This document shows positions 1 to 8,764 of a stretch of 64,000 nt of DNA, piece by piece. Location: positions 2,918 to 66,917 of IMG/VR virus record IMGVR_UViG_3300001528_000230, one strand, 5' to 3'. Origin of the DNA: a virus (Duplodnaviria > Caudoviricetes). Position numbers and translations under genes: made by a program. Under the pieces are notes generated by a model. That model was given only the letters and a program-made list of their open reading frames with translations, did no database searches and was not told where the DNA came from. Position 1 is the first letter of the stretch. Each line of letters starts with the position of its first letter.

Positions 1-894
1 TTTATCGTCTTCTACATATACATAAAAGTTATTCGTATACTTTTTAAGTAAAGACAACTGTTCTACACTTAAGGCTAAACCAGAGAGTGCTACAGTGTTT
101 GAGATACCCTTCTCATGTGCTCTAATCATATCTAGTTCGCCTTCTACGATTATAACCTTTTTGTGTTCACGTATCGCATATTTAGCTTGATATAGCCCCA
201 TTACATGCTCATGTTTAGAAAATATAGGTGTATCTTGGGTATGTATATATTTTGGGTCGCCATCGTTGATTAATCTACCTGTAAATGAAACTATTTTACC
301 GTTTTCGTTAATCCTAGGTATTACAATCCTATTATTTCTAAAAGTTGAGTAATAATCACCGTTTTCACCCTCTTTTATAAGGTTGAGTTCAAAAAGTCTA
401 TCATCATGAGGTAAATTATTGATACCACAACCGATTTTAAACTTTTTGATTATATCCATTGAGAAACCACGTCTTTTGGTTATATAAGTTAAAGCTTGTG
501 CACCATCTGGAGTATACAAATTTTCTTGATACTTACGGCACATAACCTTATTTATGTTATAAAACTTTTTGTTTCTATCTCTTAGGTCTTGTTCTTCTTG
601 GGTTAAATGAAGTTGTACCCCATAGGTTTCAGCTATGGCTATTATGGCATCATGTTTACTCATATTGTAATATCTTGAGTAAAAACTAAAGATGTCACCA
701 CCTATTTGTTCACCCCAACATTTCCAGATACCTGTATTAACATTGATTTGAAAACTAGGTTTAGTTTCTTGGTGGAATGGACATCTTGCCCAGTAACTTT
801 TACCAATTTTTTTAATACCCTCTGCGTAATTACTGTAAAACTCATAGTAATCAACTTTGGATTTAATCTCGTTTATTACTTCATTGTCAAACAT
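1..894 (-). CDS. dnaG: DnaG-type DNA primase, 3'-truncated by the window edge (not in the supplied ORF track)
   Basis: Manual translation from ATG at 894: MFDNEVINEIKSKVDYYEFY...ARCPFHQETKPSF...WKCWGEQIGGD (CHC2 Zn finger), ...RIVIPRINENGKIVSFTGR...PKYIHT... (catalytic core), IIVEGELDMI (TOPRIM). The frame is open to base 1. Confidence 0.93.
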   Translation of the reverse strand, partial: MFDNEVINEIKSKVDYYEFYSNYAEGIKKIGKSYWARCPFHQETKPSFQINVNTGIWKCWGEQIGGDIFSFYSRYYNMSKHDAIIAIAETYGVQLHLTQEEQDLRDRNKKFYNINKVMCRKYQENLYTPDGAQALTYITKRRGFSMDIIKKFKIGCGINNLPHDDRLFELNLIKEGENGDYYSTFRNNRIVIPRINENGKIVSFTGRLINDGDPKYIHTQDTPIFSKHEHVMGLYQAKYAIREHKKVIIVEGELDMIRAHEKGISNTVALSGLALSVEQLSLLKKYTNNFYVYVEDDK

Positions 895-911
895 TAAGTT
901 TACCCTTCTCT

Positions 912-1268
912 CTAAACCATTTCTGATATACAGTTGTATAATACGTCTTTACAAACACTTGTTTCATCTATAAGTTGATTTAACATGTTTTTACGTTCGC
1001 TTAATAACAAGTGCTTCATACACCCCACTGGGTGTGACATAAGGTCTATTAACTCGTCTCTACAACATATATACACCTCTTCAATGGTAAATATATTTTC
1101 TCGTATACTTGTAAGATAATCGAAAAAGCCACACTTGTCAACCTTATCAAGTTTTACAAACTCTTCTCTAAAGGATAAAATCATTGAGGTTCTAAACTCA
1201 GATTTATCCTGTTCAGTTTTAATAAAGTTGGTTATTTTCTCAATATAGGTGTCATCTGGGATTAACAT
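912..1268 (-). CDS. Hypothetical protein (118 aa)
   Basis: Full ORF packed between tdk and dnaG on the same strand; no recognisable motif. Confidence 0.7.
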   Translation of the reverse strand: MLIPDDTYIEKITNFIKTEQDKSEFRTSMILSFREEFVKLDKVDKCGFFDYLTSIRENIFTIEEVYICCRDELIDLMSHPVGCMKHLLLSERKNMLNQLIDETSVCKDVLYNCISEMV

Positions 1269-1273
1269 TCGGT

Positions 1274-1852
1274 CTACCTCAATACGTCCAAACCTGTATA
1301 CTTTCTAAAACAATCTCTACATACAGCCTTATAAGTTACACTTGAGTTTTCTAACATAAGGGTATTAGAGTTATCATTGGTATCAACTACTCCGTCTATA
1401 TAGCGTATACTCATTGTGGCTCTACCCTTTTTACATTCACAAGTGGTATTACATCTTGTAATTTTATCTACATGAGGTAATAACCTTGAGATTATTTCAA
1501 AGGGTTCACCAAGGTAATCTGTGGCTAAACCAAACATATAAACAGTAACACCAAGCTTATCACAGTGTTCTATGAACTCCATAAACTCGGATATATACTG
1601 TCTACTACAAATGAATTGTACCTCATCTATGATTACAACATAATGCGTACCTAAATGGTTATATAAGTCAGTTATATCGAATATTTTGGTACTCTCTATA
1701 GGTTGGCTATTTCGGGCTAAATAGTTGTTTTTACTCTTATTGCTACACGCAGGATAATAAATGATGGGTTTTAGTCCTTCATTGAGTATATAAGTGGTTA
1801 TTACTGCATCGGTTTTATTTGAGTTTACACTACCTATGGTTAAATTTAGCAT
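1274..1852 (-). CDS. tdk: Thymidine kinase (type II/TK1 family) with atypical P-loop
   Basis: IIDEVQF Walker B, FGLATDYLGEPF, CEC...R, YKAVCRDCF Zn/lasso motifs; P-loop reads GSVNSNKT. Confidence 0.85.
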   Translation of the reverse strand: MLNLTIGSVNSNKTDAVITTYILNEGLKPIIYYPACSNKSKNNYLARNSQPIESTKIFDITDLYNHLGTHYVVIIDEVQFICSRQYISEFMEFIEHCDKLGVTVYMFGLATDYLGEPFEIISRLLPHVDKITRCNTTCECKKGRATMSIRYIDGVVDTNDNSNTLMLENSSVTYKAVCRDCFRKYTGLDVLR

Positions 1853-1884
1853 GGATTTACCTCTATATAGTTATCACTAATAAC

Positions 1885-1913
1885 AGTTTATCATAAGTTG
1901 AGTAATATGTCAA
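1885..1913 (-). promoter_or_regulatory. Sigma70-type promoter for tdk-dnaG operon
   Basis: Minus strand TTGACA (1913-1908), 17-bp spacer, TAAACT (1890-1885), about 30 nt upstream of the tdk ATG. Confidence 0.75.
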
Positions 1914-2009
1914 GGATTTAAAAATTGGGGTAATATCCTATTCAAATATTAAGAAAATATTAAGATTTTAAATTAGGGGTTGACAAGGGGTTGACAAAAT
2001 GGTAGTATA

Positions 2010-2560
2010 TATAAGGGTAATACTTAAGGGTATACCCTTTGGTTATACCTATTGGGTATACAGTTAGGTTATATATTAGGTTATACCCTATAGGTTAAAT
2101 CCTTAGGTATTACCTAAAGGGTATACCTTTAGGATATAACTTAGGTTATAAATAGGATTTACTTCTTTAGGTTATACCCTATAGGTTAAATCCTAAAGTA
2201 TTACCCATAGGTAAACCAAAAAGTATACCATAAAGTATAACTTGGGTTTATAATAGGTTATATATTGGTTTACCTATTAGGTTAAATCCATAAGTATAAC
2301 CTAAGGGTAAACCTAAAAGTAAACATAAAGGTATACCTAAAAGTAAACCTAGGATTTATAATAGGATTTATTATGGTTATACCTATTAGGGTAAATCCAT
2401 AAGTAATACCTAAGGGTAAACCAAAAAGTAAACTTAAGAATAAACTCATTTGAGTTATATTTATTGGGTTATATTAACCCTTTAAGGTATATCCTTGGGT
2501 AATACCCAATAGTAATACCCACAAGGTTTACCTCTAAGGGTAAAAAACTCCCCAAAAATA
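2010..2560. repeat. Degenerate ~12-bp tandem array (CCTAARRGTAWA-like) with longer direct repeats; candidate replication origin
   Basis: Exact 28-bp repeat TTAGGTTATACCCTATAGGTTAAATCCT at 2076-2103 and 2167-2194; near-identical ~54-bp repeat at 2271 and 2380; no ORF; lies between divergent replication operons. Confidence 0.7.
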
Positions 2561-2611
2561 AGAAGTTTTATTCCTTAGGGGTAAAAATAAAAAAAAGTTT
2601 ACTCAAAGGGG

Positions 2612-2640
2612 TTGACAGAAAAAATAAGATGTGTTATACT
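2612..2640 (+). promoter_or_regulatory. Sigma70-type promoter for ssb operon
   Basis: TTGACA (2612-2617), 17 bp, TATACT (2635-2640); AGGAG RBS before ATG 2687. Confidence 0.85.
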
Positions 2641-2686
2641 GTAGGTATACAAGCAATTAGTACAAAACATAGGAGATACACAACAG

Positions 2687-3466
2687 ATGTCTAATACTTT
2701 TGAATTAAACAATGTAAAAGTTTCATTTTCTACCCTTATGTGTAAAGAAGAAACATTACACAAGAAAAAGTGGGGTAAAGACCTAAAGATTTTAATCGCA
2801 GAGGATTCACCAGAGTATGAAATGTTGGATTCAGCCATTCGTGAAGCAATCCCAAAAGCTAAAGACTTGGTTAACAAAGCTGTAAACGATGCTATTAACG
2901 CAAGAAATGCAAACAAGGGTGAAGGCGAAGAGTTAGAAAAGCCAGTGGTAGTACGTAAGCCTGAATCACCTCTTAAGGAAAGCACAAGATTAGAAAACAC
3001 TTATGAAATCCCATTTAAGTTTTACTATTACAGTAAAAAAGATGATGAAGAAGTTGGTGAACTTGTGTTAAACAAAAAGGTTTATAAATCAGAAGAAGAT
3101 TTACCTGTGGTTTACATGAGAGATAAAAACACTGGTGAAAAACTATTTGAAACACCAAATGGTAAAAAATGGGTACCAGCTACAGATAATATCGTAAACT
3201 GTAAACTTGCACTTGTTACAGGTTATAACCGTAAAGATAAATCAGCTTCTTTATATTTTAAATTGTTAGAATGTGAGATTGTATCATCCGATTTTGGTAA
3301 AAGAAGTGGTGGTGGAGACTCATACGATAATACATACTTTGTTTTAGGTGATACCGAAGACGAAGTTAAACCTGCTAAGGTAGAAGCTTCTAAGGCTAAA
3401 CCTAAGGCTAAAGCTTCTAAAGGTGTAGAAGTAAGTGTAGAAGAGTTTGATACAATAGACGTTTAA
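2687..3466 (+). CDS. Probable single-stranded DNA-binding protein (T7 gp2.5/Enc34-like)
   Basis: OB-fold-like N-terminus (FELNNVKVSFSTL), Lys/Ala linker and acidic C-terminal tail (VEEFDTIDV); replication-module context. Confidence 0.6.
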   Translation: MSNTFELNNVKVSFSTLMCKEETLHKKKWGKDLKILIAEDSPEYEMLDSAIREAIPKAKDLVNKAVNDAINARNANKGEGEELEKPVVVRKPESPLKESTRLENTYEIPFKFYYYSKKDDEEVGELVLNKKVYKSEEDLPVVYMRDKNTGEKLFETPNGKKWVPATDNIVNCKLALVTGYNRKDKSASLYFKLLECEIVSSDFGKRSGGGDSYDNTYFVLGDTEDEVKPAKVEASKAKPKAKASKGVEVSVEEFDTIDV

Positions 3467-3471
3467 TAGGT

Positions 3472-4035
3472 ATGGATAAACTAATGAGTGAAAAAACTAT
3501 TAAAATAGCAAAGGTTATACTAAGTGTAACAAACAATGGTACACCAAGAGCGTATGTATGGGAAGAAGGGTCTAACATTGAGTCTCAAGCAGATGCACTT
3601 GATATCATAGGCGACCAATCCCTATATATAGCCACTCGACACATAGGTGAAGAAGTTGAGTTAATCATGGGTAAGTTTATAAATGTAAAAGTACCCAAAG
3701 AGTTCGTAGAAGCTTCTAGTAAACCTACGTATAAAAGAGTGATTGGTTTATACAAAAAGGCTATACAATCCATTGATTTTGCTATTAACGGTAGTAGAAA
3801 CACCATTAGTTTAGACACAGCTAAAGAGTTAATAACAGAAGATATTAACACCTTTTTAGATATACAGGACACTGTATACAACTTGGTAAGTGAGTCAAAG
3901 TCTAAGGTTTGTAGGGATGTGATGGTTAACTTAGGTAAACCTAAAGCTGAACAAACTTTAGACCCTTATCAGGTAATATTCAGTTTAACTAGGCAAGGGG
4001 TTAATAACATAACAAGGGATTATAAAATTGGATAA
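3472..4035 (+). CDS. Hypothetical protein (187 aa)
   Basis: Tightly packed ORF downstream of ssb. Confidence 0.7.
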   Translation: MDKLMSEKTIKIAKVILSVTNNGTPRAYVWEEGSNIESQADALDIIGDQSLYIATRHIGEEVELIMGKFINVKVPKEFVEASSKPTYKRVIGLYKKAIQSIDFAINGSRNTISLDTAKELITEDINTFLDIQDTVYNLVSESKSKVCRDVMVNLGKPKAEQTLDPYQVIFSLTRQGVNNITRDYKIG

Positions 4036-4240
4036 TAATACAACCCAAGGTATCAACGAAGAAGATTACCAAAAGCTTAAAAAAGAGATTTTAGACCAAA
4101 TTATTAAATACACAAAAGAACATACCATTGAGTGTAAAATATGTGGCTCAAGATATAAACAAAAACGTAAACCTTTGATTAAAACCGAAGACGGATATAT
4201 CTGTTCTGAGTGTAATAAAAAGGTAAACAATAGATTTTAA
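4028..4240 (+). CDS. Small Zn-finger protein
   Basis: CKIC...CSEC paired CxxC motifs; overlaps the upstream stop. Confidence 0.65.
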   Translation: MDNNTTQGINEEDYQKLKKEILDQIIKYTKEHTIECKICGSRYKQKRKPLIKTEDGYICSECNKKVNNRF

Positions 4241-4312
4241 ACAGACATTAAAACCTCCTCTATGTACTAACCTAGGTTAATATCATTTTGGTACTAGCCT
4301 AGGTTTTTCTAC

Positions 4313-4341
4313 TTGACAAAATTGACGGGATATGCTATACT
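4313..4341 (+). promoter_or_regulatory. Sigma70-type promoter
   Basis: TTGACA (4313-4318), 17 bp, TATACT (4336-4341); GAGG RBS before ATG 4373. Confidence 0.8.
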
Positions 4342-4372
4342 ATAGGTAATACAAAGTGAGGTAAAAAATTTT

Positions 4373-5059
4373 ATGAAAACAAGACTAGTAAAAACATTTA
4401 GTGTTTTTATACTATTAACTTTAATCTTTTCAGCTATCACAATTAAGGTAAACCAAAAATTAGGGTTTACAAGAAAAGATAAAATCAAAACATTAGATAA
4501 AACAGAAATGGTTATAACCAAAAAAGAGGGTAATACACAAAAAGTGGTTCAAAAAAGTGCAGATTTACCCCAAAAAGTCGTTCAAAAAAGTGTGGTAAAA
4601 ACGGCAGATTTTAGCCCAAAAACTGTGCAAAACAAGGCAAATACAAGCTCTTGTAATACCGATGAAATAGTCCATAGGTACTGTAAAACCTACGGTGTAG
4701 AGCCTCATTTGGTCAAAGCAATCATACATGTTGAAAGCAAGGGTAAACATGAGGTAAAATCTTCATCGGGTGCAATCGGAATTATGCAATTAACACCTTC
4801 GACTGCAAAATCTTTAGGGGTTAATCCATATAGTAAAGAAGGTAATATCCATGGTGGTGTAAAATACATTTCTTATTTACACAAAAAGTTTGACGGTGAC
4901 ATGGTTAAGATAATTGCATCGTATAATGCAGGTGAGGGAGCCGTCAAAAAATACAATGGGGTACCACCCTACAAGGAAACACACAAATATGTAAAATCTG
5001 TTTTACAAAAACGTGAAGAATACAAAAATGTAAAATCGCAGGAGGACGAAACTATATGA
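4373..5059 (+). CDS. Soluble lytic transglycosylase (SLT/GH23) with N-terminal hydrophobic anchor or signal
   Basis: AIIHVES (catalytic Glu), SSSGAIGIMQL, NIHGGVKY, IASYNAGEG, ETHKYV; N-terminal KTFSVFILLTLIFSAITI; VVQKS repeats in linker. Confidence 0.9.
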   Translation: MKTRLVKTFSVFILLTLIFSAITIKVNQKLGFTRKDKIKTLDKTEMVITKKEGNTQKVVQKSADLPQKVVQKSVVKTADFSPKTVQNKANTSSCNTDEIVHRYCKTYGVEPHLVKAIIHVESKGKHEVKSSSGAIGIMQLTPSTAKSLGVNPYSKEGNIHGGVKYISYLHKKFDGDMVKIIASYNAGEGAVKKYNGVPPYKETHKYVKSVLQKREEYKNVKSQEDETI

Positions 5060-5328
5060 CTACCAAGCAGGGGTGTTACTTCTATGCAATCAAACGAGTA
5101 GACGATAGCACTTACTATAACTATCTGTATAAAAACTTCATGAAGTTACATCAAACCACAACGTTGTATTCATCAAGGGGTAGAGCCTCAGAACAGCTCG
5201 ACCAATGTTTACAAGCTATGTATTATAGACATTTGTATCACCAAAACAAGGATTTAAAATTTAGTGATTTCTTAGAACAAAACAAGGGTAAACTTCAAGT
5301 TGCTACCCTTTGGTTGGGCGAGGTGTAA
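5056..5328 (+). CDS. Hypothetical protein (90 aa)
   Basis: ATGA overlap with the SLT stop codon. Confidence 0.65.
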   Translation: MTTKQGCYFYAIKRVDDSTYYNYLYKNFMKLHQTTTLYSSRGRASEQLDQCLQAMYYRHLYHQNKDLKFSDFLEQNKGKLQVATLWLGEV

Positions 5329-5330
5329 CT

Positions 5331-5957
5331 ATGGTTAAAGTCATGGGTGTCGACTATAGTGCAAACTTTACAGGTGTAGTCTATGATGGACCACAAGATA
5401 AATCCTATTGGTTTACATCAACTTTAAAACGAGATAGAGATAACTGTTTTAACTGTACATTTCTACCAAAGGATTTAAGTACGGTTGAAAAAGTTGACAC
5501 GGTTTGTAATAACATCTTTGGTATCATAAATGAGAGTAGACCCGATTTAGTAGCCATTGAGTCACCAGCCTTTATGGGTAGTAACCAAACAGCTGAGTTT
5601 CAAGATGGTTATGCTATTATTAAATATGTTCTACGCACTATGGGTATTAACTATATATTGGTTCCACCTATATCGTTAAAACTGTTTGCAAGTGGTAACG
5701 CAAAGGGTGAAAAAATAGATGTAGCTCAAGGGTTAAAACGAGATTATGGATGCGACTATTTTGAGGTAACATCACATTGGGATAACCTTTTTGATGCCGA
5801 AGCCTTGTATAGAATAGCATCTTGTTATAGTACCCCAGAGGTGATACCAGAGTTACAGTTGTATAAACAACAGGTATTATACGGATTGCTAGGTGATACC
5901 AAAAAGTTAAAAGAAGTTAAAAAGTTAAGACAAAAGGAGGGTAAAACAAATGGATAA
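5331..5957 (+). CDS. RuvC-like Holliday junction resolvase
   Basis: VMGVDYS, LVAIESP, VPPISLKLFASGNAKGEK, DNLFDAEAL acidic motifs. Start moved to ATG 5331 (GAGGTG RBS). Confidence 0.8.
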   Translation: MVKVMGVDYSANFTGVVYDGPQDKSYWFTSTLKRDRDNCFNCTFLPKDLSTVEKVDTVCNNIFGIINESRPDLVAIESPAFMGSNQTAEFQDGYAIIKYVLRTMGINYILVPPISLKLFASGNAKGEKIDVAQGLKRDYGCDYFEVTSHWDNLFDAEALYRIASCYSTPEVIPELQLYKQQVLYGLLGDTKKLKEVKKLRQKEGKTNG

Positions 5958-6552
5958 CACACAACAAAAACAAGACATAAGAGTATACCTCGGTGCACTT
6001 GGAAGTGGCAAGGACTTCTCTGCCAAACCGTATATCCAAAAGGGGTATAAGCATTGTGCTTTCGCTGATACACTAAGAGATATACTTTGGGATATCCTAG
6101 GGTATAAGCCAAAGAATTACGAAAAGTTTAAACTATCAGATGTGAGACTTGGGTTTTTAAACAAGATTTCTACAGGTCGCAAGTTGTTACAAAACTTGGG
6201 TAGTACCTTGAGAAAGTTTATAGCCGAAGATGTTTGGGTTGATATCTTGATTAAAAACATTGCTTTTGAACCAAAAGTGGTTATAACCGATTGTAGGTTT
6301 AGCAATGAGATAGCCAAGCTGTTAAAATATGCTGAAAAAGCAGGCAGTGATATTACCTTTATATGGTGTTGTTATCCTTCTAAGAAATACCAACAAGGGT
6401 TAAAAGAGACCCACGAGAGTGAGGCTCTAGCACAGTTTATCACCCAAAGGTATAACTTTAAAAATGGTGATACCATAAGTGTTGAACAAATAAAGGTAAT
6501 ACTTAAGGATTATAAGAGGTTCAGGTTGTCTAAAAGGGGTTCTACCCTATAA
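5950..6552 (+). CDS. Deoxynucleoside monophosphate kinase (T4 gp1-like)
   Basis: GALGSGKD P-loop, AFADTLRD, RKLLQNLG, VVITDCRFSNE, HESE motifs. Confidence 0.85.
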   Translation: MDNTQQKQDIRVYLGALGSGKDFSAKPYIQKGYKHCAFADTLRDILWDILGYKPKNYEKFKLSDVRLGFLNKISTGRKLLQNLGSTLRKFIAEDVWVDILIKNIAFEPKVVITDCRFSNEIAKLLKYAEKAGSDITFIWCCYPSKKYQQGLKETHESEALAQFITQRYNFKNGDTISVEQIKVILKDYKRFRLSKRGSTL

Positions 6553-6636
6553 TAGTGATATAGTATATACTATTAGTTTGAAAACACATAAATATACAAT
6601 ACAACCTGATTACCTCACAGGTTTGAACGTTTCTTT

Positions 6637-6672
6637 AGCTCCTAGTCGACTTATAATAAGGGGCTTTTTTTT
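6637..6672 (+). terminator. Possible intrinsic terminator of the replication operon
   Basis: AGCTCCT/AGGGGCT stem (one G-U) with a 15-nt loop followed by a T-run; lies where the two gene blocks converge. Confidence 0.45.
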
Positions 6673-6751
6673 ATGCCTGAGTTATAATCCTAAGTTATAC
6701 CTCATTGTGAGGTTATACCCCAACCTAAGGTGATACCTAAAAAGATATCAC

Positions 6752-7306
6752 CTAGATTGTAAAACCATCCTCTTCTGCTTCTACTTCTTTCATTTTCTTG
6801 TGTAGGTGATAATCCCAGACTTCAATGTCGTGTGGCATCCAGTCTGTAAAATCAAACCTCTGTATTACTCTTTTAGTTTTATTGAGGCTTCTAAGCATGG
6901 ATTTTAACATTTCTTTTATAGTCTCACAGGTAGTACCAGTAAGGTTGAAGAACTCTTTGGAGAGTTCGCCCAAAGTTTGGATTTGACCCTCTAGTAAATC
7001 CTGACGGTGTAACAAATGGTTTCTAAGGCTTTTAGCTTTGTATACTACAAACTCTGTAGTATTTTCAGGTACAAAGTCATAGTTGTTAATGCTGTTGTTT
7101 ATCAAATTAAAGTAAATACAGTGAAATTTTTTGGATAAGTGTCGGTGTACCCTCTTGAGTGACTGAATATTAGCTTTATGCATTTCGGCACTAGCAGAGG
7201 TGTTATACATGATTTGATGTAAACATATAGATGCTATATCATTGAGTACATCTTCTATGGTTCTCTCTTCTTGGTTATAAAATTTTGGGTCTCTCATTAT
7301 ATACAA
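6752..7306 (-). CDS. Hypothetical helical protein (184 aa), last gene of the unknown cassette
   Basis: Overlaps the upstream gene by 10 nt; no known motif recognised. Confidence 0.7.
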   Translation of the reverse strand: MYIMRDPKFYNQEERTIEDVLNDIASICLHQIMYNTSASAEMHKANIQSLKRVHRHLSKKFHCIYFNLINNSINNYDFVPENTTEFVVYKAKSLRNHLLHRQDLLEGQIQTLGELSKEFFNLTGTTCETIKEMLKSMLRSLNKTKRVIQRFDFTDWMPHDIEVWDYHLHKKMKEVEAEEDGFTI

Positions 7307-7818
7307 TCCTCTCTTAATACTACTACGTGTAAATACCTCATTAGTTTATCACTTGGTGCATCTTCGTCTTCTAACCAAGCTTTGGCTAGATGTGCGTAAA
7401 ACACAGGGTTATCAAGCACTGTTTGACGTAAAACAGAGCTTTGACTAAACATTTTAGTTAACTCTTCTAGGTTATCAGCTTTGCTCATATTCATAACATA
7501 GTTAAAGCTATACTTATTGTATTTCCACTCATTAAAGTTAATCCCTATTTGTTCACCCACTTTGGTTGTAGCTTCTAGGTTCCAGAAGTCATTGGGTTTA
7601 TAATCATCGTGTTTAATAAGCTCTAAGTATTTATTTAACTCGGCTTCACTCTCTATGTTAATCTTGCTTGTAAGTTTATTTATCTCTTTCATAAGGCTTT
7701 TATATGTATTTGGGTAATACTCCTCTAATTCTACAAAATAACTGTCTAATACCCCTACTAAATCATCTTGTTTACCCTCGGATATAATAGTATGGTAAAC
7801 CTCTTTAAAATACCCCAT
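7297..7818 (-). CDS. Conserved gut-phage protein of unknown function (possibly DUF7841-like)
   Basis: W-N-L-E-A-T...NKYSFNYVMNM...AKAWLEDEDAPSDKLMRY motif pattern recalled from gut-phage proteins; family name is unverified. Confidence 0.6.
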   Translation of the reverse strand: MGYFKEVYHTIISEGKQDDLVGVLDSYFVELEEYYPNTYKSLMKEINKLTSKINIESEAELNKYLELIKHDDYKPNDFWNLEATTKVGEQIGINFNEWKYNKYSFNYVMNMSKADNLEELTKMFSQSSVLRQTVLDNPVFYAHLAKAWLEDEDAPSDKLMRYLHVVVLREDCI

Positions 7819-7843
7819 TTATACCTGTACCTCCGTAATAAAA

Positions 7844-8086
7844 CTATTGGTTGAAAAACTCAGTTTTTATCTTATCTTTTTTAGCAACTTTGGTAATAGC
7901 CTCATTTAGTAGAGCTTCAAATTGTGGACTCTCGGCTAACATCTGAATTATAACCTCAGAGGTTTCCTTGCAGTTAGCTAAACAGTGGTTTAAAAAGTCT
8001 GCCATCATACTTTGGGCTTCATCACTCTGCATGACTTTACCGAAGATTTGCTTATAATTTACGTTTACTAAATCCATTATACTCAT
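7844..8086 (-). CDS. Hypothetical protein (80 aa, MSIMDLVNV...)
   Basis: Start moved to ATG 8086 (GAAAGGTGA RBS); the longer ORF call would overlap the upstream gene by 200 nt. Confidence 0.7.
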   Translation of the reverse strand: MSIMDLVNVNYKQIFGKVMQSDEAQSMMADFLNHCLANCKETSEVIIQMLAESPQFEALLNEAITKVAKKDKIKTEFFNQ

Positions 8087-8108
8087 AGTGTTATCACCTT
8101 TCTCGTCT

Positions 8109-8708
8109 TTACTTTTTGCTTCTACCTTTTGTAGTAGTAGTTTTGGTACTTTCTGGCAACACTGGGTTAACAGGTTGGATAACACCCCTGTTAGTAGTGT
8201 TATTGCTATCACCGAGAGGTCCAACTGTTGGAACTGGTTGTTGATTAGCCCCGATGATTGGTTGTACATTTGGTTGAACTGGGCTTGCTGGTTGTAATTG
8301 AGGTTGTACATTAGGTTTTACCTCTTTGGGTGGCACATTTGGATAAACTCCATTGTTTTTAATACGGGATTTCATAGACTCTAACTTGTTTCTACCTTGC
8401 TCGTCTTTAATCTCTTGTTTGGCTTGTAAAAAGAGCTTGTAATCATCAAAGATAGCTTTTTCGGTAATACCATAGTTTAAACGTAAGAACTCATCCCAGT
8501 CCTCTTTTATGCCACAATCAAGGTAATATCTTTGAGGTTGCATCATATTGGGTTGTGGAGCAGGTGACAACTGTGGTTGAGGTTGGTTTTGACCCTGTAG
8601 GTTGCCTGACATAAGTTTTAACTGATTGAGCTTTTCATATTGAGATTTTAAACTGGCTTCTAAATCCTGTATGGTATTAGACCCTTGCCCGTATATGTTT
8701 AAATTCAT
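8109..8708 (-). CDS. Gln/Pro-rich hypothetical protein
   Basis: AAGGAG RBS; QPQPQ/NVQP low-complexity segments around a small helical core. Confidence 0.75.
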   Translation of the reverse strand: MNLNIYGQGSNTIQDLEASLKSQYEKLNQLKLMSGNLQGQNQPQPQLSPAPQPNMMQPQRYYLDCGIKEDWDEFLRLNYGITEKAIFDDYKLFLQAKQEIKDEQGRNKLESMKSRIKNNGVYPNVPPKEVKPNVQPQLQPASPVQPNVQPIIGANQQPVPTVGPLGDSNNTTNRGVIQPVNPVLPESTKTTTTKGRSKK

Positions 8709-8720
8709 AAGTTCTCCTTT

Positions 8721-8750
8721 AAAGAAAACAGAGGGGATTTAACCCCTCTG
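8721..8750 (-). terminator. Intrinsic terminator or attenuator inside the unknown cassette
   Basis: CAGAGGGG/CCCCTCTG 8-bp stem, 6-nt loop, followed by TTTTCTTT on the minus strand. Confidence 0.7.
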
Positions 8751-8764
8751 GGTAATACCACTAA

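Noticed and set aside
7844-8311. 155-aa version of this ORF
   Set aside because: The extra 75 codons are an alternative frame of the Gln/Pro-rich upstream gene; a good RBS precedes ATG 8086.
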